Origin: a virus
Lineage: Duplodnaviria > Caudoviricetes
Direction: 5' to 3' (one strand)
DNA: 34,592 nt
IMG/VR virus record: IMGVR_UViG_3300030392_000276
Location: 1-34,592 of that record
A program made the position numbers and the translations under genes. Position 1 is the stretch's first letter. Each line of letters begins with the position of its first letter. The notes beneath the pieces were generated by a model that was not told where the DNA came from, searched no databases, and saw only the letters and a program-made list of their open reading frames with translations. This document shows positions 1-6,294 of this stretch, in pieces.

Positions 1-35
1 GTGGGGGGCGTTTTTGTAGGTACCAAAAATAGTGT

Positions 36-65
36 TTGACAGCACATACACTTTTATGTTATGGT
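36..65 (+). promoter_or_regulatory. sigma70-like early promoter
   Basis: TTGACA (36-41), 18-nt spacer containing TG at 57-58, then TATGGT (60-65), upstream of the first ORF. Confidence 0.5.
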
Positions 66-97
66 TACACTAAGTTTTATTTACAAAGGGTTATTAA

Positions 98-122
98 AAA
101 ATACGCAGTGCGTAAAAACTTG
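98..122. repeat. 25-bp direct repeat, copy 1, with palindromic core TACGCA-G-TGCGTA (putative operator)
   Basis: AAAATACGCAGTGCGTAAAAACTTG is identical at 98-122 and 1019-1043. Confidence 0.85.
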
Positions 123-130
123 GAGAACAC

Positions 131-334
131 ATGGAAACGACACGTCAAATCGCCTTAAACTGTTTATCAGACATCAAGGACGCTTTCGACATGAACCTTG
201 ATGAAGACATGTTAAAAAACGTAATATTACAAAGGGTTCGCCTGATCGAACTTTGGCTTACAAAGGATGAGCTAAAGGTCACTAACAGCCGGTTGAAGAA
301 TGCATTCGACGCCGGACGTAGGGAAGGAGTATAA
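131..334 (+). CDS. hypothetical early protein
   Basis: 67-aa ORF with GGAGA RBS; next ORF abuts its stop. Confidence 0.7.
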   Translation: METTRQIALNCLSDIKDAFDMNLDEDMLKNVILQRVRLIELWLTKDELKVTNSRLKNAFDAGRREGV

Positions 335-793
335 ATGCTTAACGAACACTCACCGATACCGCCCGCGCCCAATCTGCCTGCAAGTTTCGGCGCACGGTTT
401 CGCCTTCGCGAACTCGCATACTTTTCGGCGGTCTATCTTAGGCTCGTCGGGTTCCAAGCAAGCCGAGACGCGGCAATAGCCAAGGGCGCGCCCGACGTGT
501 TTCACACGCCGCGCGGCGCATCTTTCCTTTCCTACCTTCTCAACGCGGCTGTGGATATTGCGTGTCGCATAGATGCTGACGCCGTGTTCGCTGACCAGCT
601 TAGAGATACTATTGATGGTCCTAATAATGGCGAGACAGTCGAACCAGTTCGGGCCGCGTGGCCTCCGGCCTTGCTAGTCACTCTCGACGGACATCGCAAG
701 GTGATCCTAGCAAGGCCGTCTGATCATGGCCCAGTTCGTGTTCAACTCGATGCGTTCGCGGGCCTGCGCCTGCGCCGTTACCTCATGGCCTAG
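335..793 (+). CDS. hypothetical protein (GC-rich cassette)
   Basis: 152-aa ORF with AAGGAG RBS; 361-420 is 39/60 GC by hand count. Confidence 0.65.
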   Translation: MLNEHSPIPPAPNLPASFGARFRLRELAYFSAVYLRLVGFQASRDAAIAKGAPDVFHTPRGASFLSYLLNAAVDIACRIDADAVFADQLRDTIDGPNNGETVEPVRAAWPPALLVTLDGHRKVILARPSDHGPVRVQLDAFAGLRLRRYLMA

Positions 794-805
794 GAGTACA
801 TCTAG

Positions 806-1036
806 ATGACTACGGCTGCTCAGGAAATATGGCGAAAGCTGGAGGAAAGCAAGTACTATGCCCCTAAAAAAGATACAATCAACGGGCATAGTCCACCTCG
901 TGTAGTTCCTCGCTACATGCTACGCGGAAAGAGCTTAGAGGAAGTGAGAAACTTGCTTTCTCAGGAAAGGTTGCTCTTTGTTCCAAAAAACGGTCATTTT
1001 ACAGGAACCGTTAAACATAAAATACGCAGTGCGTAA
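806..1036 (+). CDS. hypothetical protein
   Basis: 76-aa ORF with AGGAG RBS; its stop lies inside repeat copy 2. Confidence 0.65.
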   Translation: MTTAAQEIWRKLEESKYYAPKKDTINGHSPPRVVPRYMLRGKSLEEVRNLLSQERLLFVPKNGHFTGTVKHKIRSA

Positions 1037-1043
1037 AAACTTG
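1019..1043. repeat. 25-bp direct repeat, copy 2 (palindromic core TACGCA-G-TGCGTA)
   Basis: Identical to 98-122. Confidence 0.85.
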
Positions 1044-1084
1044 CATTAACTAACCAACCAACCTTTGATGGAAGGACATTCAAT

Positions 1085-1288
1085 ATGTTTTTCAGACCAG
1101 TTTTCATTATGTGCAGTGGCGAGAGAGCCACTAATGCGCAAATCTTTGCGACAGAGCAAGAGGCACTGGAAAGTGCCATGGATCGGTTCATGGTGTGGAC
1201 CGTGCCGTCGGACTTCACTGCAGAACAATGCAGTGGTCCGGTGAACTACTGCCGTGTAAACGGCAGGGATGAAAGGAAGGAAAGTTGA
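1085..1288 (+). CDS. conserved phage hypothetical protein (N..FAT..EA...W...PVNY type)
   Basis: 67-aa ORF with GAAGGA RBS; motif pattern recalled from small phage early proteins. Confidence 0.7.
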   Translation: MFFRPVFIMCSGERATNAQIFATEQEALESAMDRFMVWTVPSDFTAEQCSGPVNYCRVNGRDERKES

Positions 1289-1458
1289 TGGTAACAGTGA
1301 AAGAGTTGCGGAGCATGCTAGCAAATAGTGGTGCTCACGCACTACAAGAGGCATCAAAACTTTCTGATGGTCAACTACGTAACTTGTTGGTCACTTTTAT
1401 GTCATTAAATTATACCGACCGTTACCGAGAAGAAGATGAAAGGAAGGTGGTGGGATAA
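1288..1458 (+). CDS. hypothetical protein, 56 aa (MVTVKELRSMLANSG...DERKVVG)
   Basis: Hand-translated; coupled by TGATG upstream and TAATG downstream; below the ORF-track cutoff. Confidence 0.7.
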   Translation: MVTVKELRSMLANSGAHALQEASKLSDGQLRNLLVTFMSLNYTDRYREEDERKVVG

Positions 1459-1814
1459 TGGAGCAAGAAGTTGATGTGGTGGTTACTCGCCACGAAGGCT
1501 TAGCCACGTACCTAGTGGCTGAGGGAATAATTAGTCAAGGCACGCGTGTCATCAGCCACGCAGAGGAAGAGGACGTGCGGGGCAAGCGCGTTGTAGGTGT
1601 CTTGCCCTTGAGGCTGGCCGCTTTGGCGACCAGCGTGACGGAGATCGCCCTCGATATTCCAAAAGAAAAAAGAGGGAAAGAACTGTCGGCTCAGGAAGTC
1701 AGACAGTTCATTATAGGTGGCGGCGCTGTCACCTATAAAGTCTGCACCATCGCTCATCAAAACGATGCAGAAGTGCGCTACGGCGCGTTGCGCTTCGTGC
1801 TTGGCGAGCGGTAA
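1458..1814 (+). CDS. csx16: Csx16 (Cas_VVA1548)-like protein, candidate cyclic-oligoadenylate ring nuclease
   Basis: Motifs VTRHEG, SHA, VVGVLPLRLAA, LDIP..KRGKELS match the recalled Csx16 consensus (SRHPG...VIGTLPVHLAA...LDLP...RGKELS). Confidence 0.75.
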   Translation: MEQEVDVVVTRHEGLATYLVAEGIISQGTRVISHAEEEDVRGKRVVGVLPLRLAALATSVTEIALDIPKEKRGKELSAQEVRQFIIGGGAVTYKVCTIAHQNDAEVRYGALRFVLGER

Positions 1815-1817
1815 ATA

Positions 1818-1837
1818 GTTAATACAACTGTATTAAC
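1818..1837. promoter_or_regulatory. palindromic site GTTAATACA-AC-TGTATTAAC (putative operator)
   Basis: Perfect 9-bp arms with a 2-nt centre, intergenic; the 18-bp core recurs inverted at 6272-6289. Confidence 0.7.
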
Positions 1838-1857
1838 CAAAGGGGTAGGGAGATTGA

Positions 1858-2097
1858 GTGATGAAACCGTGGAGAGCAGTTATTGAGGTCGTAGTTGATC
1901 TCGATTCTACTACGGGTGTATACAATATGCCCAAAGATTGGGTCGAGTATCTGAAAGATAAACTCTCGAAACCTGAGAAAAGAGATCGAGAGTATTTCAA
2001 ACGTCCGGGCCAAGCGCTTCAACTTCGTTACAGCAGGGAGCACTACAACTCGGAGGTTCGACACGTAAGAACCATACAGCCGGAAGAGGTTGAGTGA
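1858..2097 (+). CDS. hypothetical protein
   Basis: 79-aa ORF with GGGAG RBS; overlaps next ORF. Confidence 0.65.
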   Translation: MMKPWRAVIEVVVDLDSTTGVYNMPKDWVEYLKDKLSKPEKRDREYFKRPGQALQLRYSREHYNSEVRHVRTIQPEEVE

Positions 2098-2303
2098 TGC
2101 CTCGTTGGGATCATTGCATTGGGCCGGGGCCGGGTGCAGATTTCTTTGAGCAGGACGGAGCAAAGTTCTACGATGCAAGGACAGTAGAATTGCTTTACAC
2201 TGCAAACATTGAAGTCACAGATAGAGCTTCTGCAAAAAAAGCTCTTTGGATGTTCATAAAAGAATATCCTATGTGGATTAATGTCTCCCCCGGAAGAGGA
2301 TGA
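2094..2303 (+). CDS. hypothetical protein
   Basis: 69-aa ORF, translationally coupled. Confidence 0.65.
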   Translation: MMPRWDHCIGPGPGADFFEQDGAKFYDARTVELLYTANIEVTDRASAKKALWMFIKEYPMWINVSPGRG

Positions 2304-2473
2304 ATAAGATGTGCAAGCACGAAAAAACAAAAACTTGGTCATGGATGGGCCGAGTAGAAACAGTCTGCACTGATTGCTGGACTGTTACTTGGCACGAAGA
2401 CAAACCCATGACACTGACACTTGACAACAGAGTGTTGGTGACATTCTCGGATGAAGAAGGAGTATCTATATGA
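2300..2473 (+). CDS. small putative zinc-ribbon protein (CKH...CTDC), 57 aa
   Basis: Hand-translated MNKMCKHEKTKTWSWMGRVETVCTDCW...; ATGA overlaps at both ends. Confidence 0.6.
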   Translation: MNKMCKHEKTKTWSWMGRVETVCTDCWTVTWHEDKPMTLTLDNRVLVTFSDEEGVSI

Positions 2474-2916
2474 AAAGCGTCGTGATCTGCGATGTAGACG
2501 GAACGTTGTCTGACAACAGCGCCCGCCGTCACTACGTCGAGAAGGTGGCGGGCAAGAAGAACTGGAAAGCGTTCTTTGCGGCCCAGCACCTTGACCCGCT
2601 TAACGTTGAGGTAGCGAGGACATTTGAGGCATTGACAAAGAGCCTCGGCTATGGATTCATTTTCTCTGGTCGTGGCGAGGAGCATCGTGAGGTGACAGAG
2701 GCATGGCTCGAAGAGCACGAAATCGAGTACGACCTACTGTTGATGCGTCCACGGGGGGACCACCGTCAAGACTCTGTGGTCAAGTTGGAGATGCTAACCG
2801 ACGTGCGAGAGCAGGGGTACTTTCCGCGCATCGCCATTGATGATCGAAATTGTGTGGTGGCGATGTGGCGGTCTGAGGGCTTGACCTGTCTGCAAGTAGC
2901 AGACGGGGATTTCTGA
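2470..2916 (+). CDS. HAD-family polynucleotide 3'-phosphatase (T4 PseT C-terminal-like domain)
   Basis: DVDGTL motif I, SGR motif II, MRPRGDHRQDSVVK, DDR motif IV, C-terminal CLQVADGDF; no kinase domain. Confidence 0.85.
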   Translation: MKSVVICDVDGTLSDNSARRHYVEKVAGKKNWKAFFAAQHLDPLNVEVARTFEALTKSLGYGFIFSGRGEEHREVTEAWLEEHEIEYDLLLMRPRGDHRQDSVVKLEMLTDVREQGYFPRIAIDDRNCVVAMWRSEGLTCLQVADGDF

Positions 2917-2954
2917 GAGAGAGAGCAGCTTTAACTCTAGCAAAGGTAGAGATC

Positions 2955-3497
2955 ATGAACGTAGAAAAAGCACGAGAAATTTTATCGCCCTATACGGCAG
3001 ATAACGATGCCTTTCATTGGGAACATCCGTCAGATTACTGGGGACATTCGCCAGATGGTGATTACGTACTCTATTCCAGAAGTAGGGATAGCGAAATCTT
3101 GCACAACACAAATTACGAATTGATATTGCAAGAGTTGCTCGATATCAGTGATCCTGACAAAGAGGAAATGGAAGCGTATGGTGATTGTGTTTATGATTTT
3201 CGCGCCAATCACTGGGCAGTGGGTTGGGTTGAATACATCATCCTCCGATACAATTCGCCCGATGTGGTAATTATAAGGGCGGCGGAAATTGTGGAAGCAC
3301 TGGAGGATTATCCAGTGGTGGATGAGATGGCCTACAGTGACGCCCAAACTGAGGCCATGAATGACTATTGGACGCAAGCATCTCTGTCTGATCGTGTTGA
3401 GTGGTGCAGAGATGCTGGTGCCTCTATCTTTGCATCTAGAGGGGGCATTCCAGAACAAGTTTACAATGAGATGGCGAGTAGAGAAATGTTTAATTAA
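2955..3497 (+). CDS. acidic conserved phage protein (HWAVGWVE...LEDYPVVDE)
   Basis: 180-aa ORF; 37 D/E versus 12 K/R by hand count. Confidence 0.75.
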   Translation: MNVEKAREILSPYTADNDAFHWEHPSDYWGHSPDGDYVLYSRSRDSEILHNTNYELILQELLDISDPDKEEMEAYGDCVYDFRANHWAVGWVEYIILRYNSPDVVIIRAAEIVEALEDYPVVDEMAYSDAQTEAMNDYWTQASLSDRVEWCRDAGASIFASRGGIPEQVYNEMASREMFN

Positions 3498-3512
3498 CCG
3501 GAGTTAGGCAGA

Positions 3513-3686
3513 ATGAACAGAGAAATTGTAGGACGATCCGTCTGTGTAGTATGCCTGTGTATAGGTATACTCTTGCAGATTTTCATTGTTCGGAATATGT
3601 TACTGTACGAAGGCTATTTAATGGTGGGCCTGAGTATAGTAGTACCGATGCTAATACTGGTATCGGCAAAACTTTTGATTAGATGA
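3513..3686 (+). CDS. small membrane protein, 57 aa, two hydrophobic segments
   Basis: Hand-translated MNREIVGRSVCVVCLCIGILLQIFIV...; ATGA overlap with next ORF. Confidence 0.55.
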   Translation: MNREIVGRSVCVVCLCIGILLQIFIVRNMLLYEGYLMVGLSIVVPMLILVSAKLLIR

Positions 3687-3907
3687 GGAATGAAATGTTA
3701 GAAGGAGAGACTGTCGCATCCGGTGCAGAAATTAAATGTGGTGAAGACAACTGTGCAAATGAGGGGCCGCAAGTTCTGCAATCTGCTGCTGGTTATTATA
3801 TAGGTTATTTCTGTGACAAATGTGGTCCGTATAGCCGAGAGAGCGGCTACTATGCCAACGAAAGCGAGGCGCAGGAGGGACTTGAAACAGGATATTCAAG
3901 GCTGTAA
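3683..3907 (+). CDS. small Cys-containing protein with VLQSAAGYYIG...GPYSRES motif
   Basis: 74-aa ORF; motif recalled from phage/ICE hypothetical proteins; CxxxxC and CxxC present. Confidence 0.7.
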   Translation: MRNEMLEGETVASGAEIKCGEDNCANEGPQVLQSAAGYYIGYFCDKCGPYSRESGYYANESEAQEGLETGYSRL

Positions 3908-3961
3908 ACTGACGGACACAAATTACTGGCATGATGAACCCATAGAGGAAGAAGAATAAAC

Positions 3962-4669
3962 ATGCTAAATCTCATTCCGTATAGCAAAGGGGCCAAAACT
4001 GAAGGCTCTGCCGTGACCTACAGAAGTGGTGTGGGCAATCCCTACGCTACATGTCCCAATACATGTCGGCTAAAACCTGACCATTGGAAAGGAACAGACG
4101 AATTTGACCTTGAATACATGACTGCCTTGAGTAAAGCAGTACCAAAGGGTGGGTGGTCTTGGACGTACTCGCACTTTAGTCCTGATCTGTGGAAACGTTT
4201 ATTGGGTAAGGGTAAGACTGTCATCAACGCGAGTGCCTCTAGCAAGGATCAGGCTACACAGTACGTTAAGCAAGGCATACCTACAGTGTTGGATGTTCCA
4301 CCAGATACGCCCAAGAACTTTGTGCATGATGGTGTGCAGTTTGCTGCCTGTCCTGCTACCTTGTCCAAGAAACTGACGTGCAATAACTGTGGTGGGCTTA
4401 AAGGACCATTGTGTGCTCGTCAGGAACGTAGCTATGTAGTTACATTTCCGTGGCACGGTACTGTGGGTGCCCTCAAGAAGATGGTGAACAATGGCAAAGG
4501 CGTTTGTTATGGTGTGGGCTACCATGTCAATCGTAACTGGAGAAATCTAGCCAACAAAGAAAAGGATCATAATAGTGATGGTGAGAAACTATTGGCATGG
4601 GTCAAGCTACTGCCCTACCATACTCGCCTACGTCACCATGTAGTTGGTGATGGTGGAGCAGAGGTATGA
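3962..4669 (+). CDS. Cys-rich protein, gp88/DUF7227-like (radical-SAM-like fold), apparently permuted
   Basis: TCPNTC, WTYSH, VINAS, ACPA, TCNNC..LCAR, FPWHG, then CYG...W...LLP..RLRHHVVGD at the C-terminus. Confidence 0.55.
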   Translation: MLNLIPYSKGAKTEGSAVTYRSGVGNPYATCPNTCRLKPDHWKGTDEFDLEYMTALSKAVPKGGWSWTYSHFSPDLWKRLLGKGKTVINASASSKDQATQYVKQGIPTVLDVPPDTPKNFVHDGVQFAACPATLSKKLTCNNCGGLKGPLCARQERSYVVTFPWHGTVGALKKMVNNGKGVCYGVGYHVNRNWRNLANKEKDHNSDGEKLLAWVKLLPYHTRLRHHVVGDGGAEV

Positions 4670-5043
4670 AAGAAAAATTTACTACTGCTGCTCATGCCGT
4701 AGCGATGACAGGCAGTGGTGTAGGTACAAGAGGTAACTTTCGCTTAGGTGCGGTGCTGGTATACAAAAACAGTATTGTATCTACTGGGACAAACAGCTAT
4801 AAGACGCATCCGCTTATGGCTGCGAGAACAGCGTGGCCGTTTCTTCACGCTGAGCAGCACGCGATTGTTCGAGCAGGTGTAGACAATTGCGAAGGTCTTG
4901 ATCTATACGTTGCAAGAGTCTTGAAGAATAATGATCTTGCAATGAGTAGGCCGTGTGATATTTGTGATCAATTTATTAAGGATGTAGGTATTAAAAATGT
5001 ATACTACAGTACGGATGTAAAACAGTTCATTGCCGCCTCGTAG
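4666..5043 (+). CDS. zinc-dependent cytidine/dCMP deaminase family protein
   Basis: HAE and PCxxC (PCDIC) catalytic motifs, GAVLV...G.N N-terminus, GIKNVYYST C-terminus. Confidence 0.85.
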   Translation: MKEKFTTAAHAVAMTGSGVGTRGNFRLGAVLVYKNSIVSTGTNSYKTHPLMAARTAWPFLHAEQHAIVRAGVDNCEGLDLYVARVLKNNDLAMSRPCDICDQFIKDVGIKNVYYSTDVKQFIAAS

Positions 5044-5107
5044 CTCAACGGTAGAGCAGCCGCCTTATAAGCGGTCGATCTGAGTTCAACTCTCGGCGGG
5101 GCAACCA
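5034..5107 (+). tRNA. tRNA-Ile, anticodon UAU (TAT at 5066-5068), encoded CCA
   Basis: Full cloverleaf: acceptor CGCCTCG/CGGGGCA, D-arm GCTC/GAGC, anticodon stem GCCGC/GCGGT with loop CTTATAA, T-arm CTGAG-TTCAACT-CTCGG, A73-CCA. Confidence 0.9.
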
Positions 5108-5133
5108 CTGAACCATTAAGAAGGAGTAGTGTT

Positions 5134-5316
5134 GTGTTTAATAAGGAAAATCTGTCCAATTTGACAGCAGAACAACTTCTGGAGTGTATCTTTCTGATAC
5201 TGTGGGCAAAGGACAGCCTAGAATTTTTGATAAAACAAGAGGGGTTTAACAAGGATACATCAAGTGCCCCTGAGTTAGTCAATAAGATTAACAAGTTTTT
5301 GAATGAGGAGAACTAG
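5134..5316 (+). CDS. hypothetical protein
   Basis: 60-aa ORF with AAGGAG RBS. Confidence 0.65.
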   Translation: MFNKENLSNLTAEQLLECIFLILWAKDSLEFLIKQEGFNKDTSSAPELVNKINKFLNEEN

Positions 5317-5317
5317 G

Positions 5318-5545
5318 ATGTTAGTAGGTGATGTAATATTCCTAAAGGGTATTACCGGCCATGGACGCAATCGCATTCGTGAGCACGGTGAAATGTGGAA
5401 GGTATTATCCTTGGAAGATATAGGTATACTAAGTAGTAACAATACTAAAAACACACCTATTAAATCACTAAAAACTGGTGAATGGCGGTGGTTGCAGCAA
5501 CACGATAGAAACTTTGTAGTATCGCAACAAATAGAGGAGAACTAA
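5318..5545 (+). CDS. conserved marine-phage hypothetical protein (LKG.T.HG.NRIREHG..W)
   Basis: GAGGAG RBS precedes ATG 5318; motif recalled from marine phages. Confidence 0.7.
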   Translation: MLVGDVIFLKGITGHGRNRIREHGEMWKVLSLEDIGILSSNNTKNTPIKSLKTGEWRWLQQHDRNFVVSQQIEEN

Positions 5546-5547
5546 GA

Positions 5548-5913
5548 ATGACAGACTTTGCAACAGTCATACATTGTGCATTTGAAAATGCCGCTCCTAA
5601 AGGAACCCCTGCTGTGGTGGCTATTGTAAAAATCAATGTAGAGGGTGATCCAGAAGATAATCTGAATGTAGTGTATGAAAAAACTAATACGATTGACAAA
5701 GTGTGGTGGGAAAATGAAGGGGTGTTGCCTATATTCAGAAAAAAGGGTTGCCGTAGCACCTCTATAGGTGATATAATCAAAATAAATAATGACTTTTGGA
5801 CAGTGGCAAGCTTTGGATTTGATAAACTTGATGGAGTACCCATTGAATGGCATCTGGCACGAGAAAGACGCGCTCACGCTCGGTTGAAGGAGTGGCAAGA
5901 CGTAAGGAACTGA
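5548..5913 (+). CDS. hypothetical protein with RSTSIGD motif (YodL-like)
   Basis: 121-aa ORF with GAGGAG RBS; RSTSIGDII...VASFGF. Confidence 0.65.
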   Translation: MTDFATVIHCAFENAAPKGTPAVVAIVKINVEGDPEDNLNVVYEKTNTIDKVWWENEGVLPIFRKKGCRSTSIGDIIKINNDFWTVASFGFDKLDGVPIEWHLARERRAHARLKEWQDVRN

Positions 5914-6041
5914 ATACATTGCCACATAATCCTTTTGCAAAAGCTTTGTCGTGGCGTAGGTTTCAACATAAGATTGTAAAGAGTGGTAAAGTGTACAAGC
6001 GTATGCGTAAATCTGAAATCAACACTGAAAAGGAGAGCTAA
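5892..6041 (+). CDS. small basic protein, NPFAKAL...FQHKIVKSGKVYKR (ArfA-like pattern)
   Basis: GTG start immediately after GAAGGA; 49 aa, K/R-rich. Confidence 0.55.
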   Translation: MARRKELNTLPHNPFAKALSWRRFQHKIVKSGKVYKRMRKSEINTEKES

Positions 6042-6044
6042 ATT

Positions 6045-6275
6045 ATGTCTACATTCAAAGTGACCGTTCGTAAAAATGTTCGTTCACCTAAGTATCGGAC
6101 GCTATTGGGACTTAACAAAATTAACAATGGCTTTCGTGTTGATTTGCCATATGTAAGTGTGGCAAGATTTAGGCCAAATAGTGGCAAAGAAACAATTCGC
6201 TCAAAGAAGTCAGGGCTACGCGCCATCTACGAGAACAACCGTAGTGGTGTTACCAGAGTGTACCACTTCGTTTAA
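6045..6275 (+). CDS. small basic hypothetical protein
   Basis: 76-aa ORF with AAGGAG RBS. Confidence 0.7.
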   Translation: MSTFKVTVRKNVRSPKYRTLLGLNKINNGFRVDLPYVSVARFRPNSGKETIRSKKSGLRAIYENNRSGVTRVYHFV

Positions 6276-6289
6276 TACAGTTGTATTAA
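6272..6289. promoter_or_regulatory. palindromic site TTAATACA-GT-TGTATTAA (reverse complement of 1819-1836)
   Basis: Exact 18-bp inverted copy of the site at 1819-1836. Confidence 0.7.
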
Positions 6290-6294
6290 TCCCT

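Noticed and set aside
1-15. GGGGGGCG followed by T5 as a terminator
   Set aside because: Only the 3' half is visible at the window edge, so the stem cannot be verified
1820-1836. TAATACAACT resembles the T7 promoter start TAATACGACT
   Set aside because: Lacks CACTATAG, is a perfect palindrome, the second copy is inverted, and no phage RNA polymerase is in the window
3882-3959. 25-aa acidic micro-ORF (TTG start, MKQDIQGCKLTDTNYWHDEPIEEEE)
   Set aside because: RBS spacing is only 3 nt and the ORF is too short to support without homology
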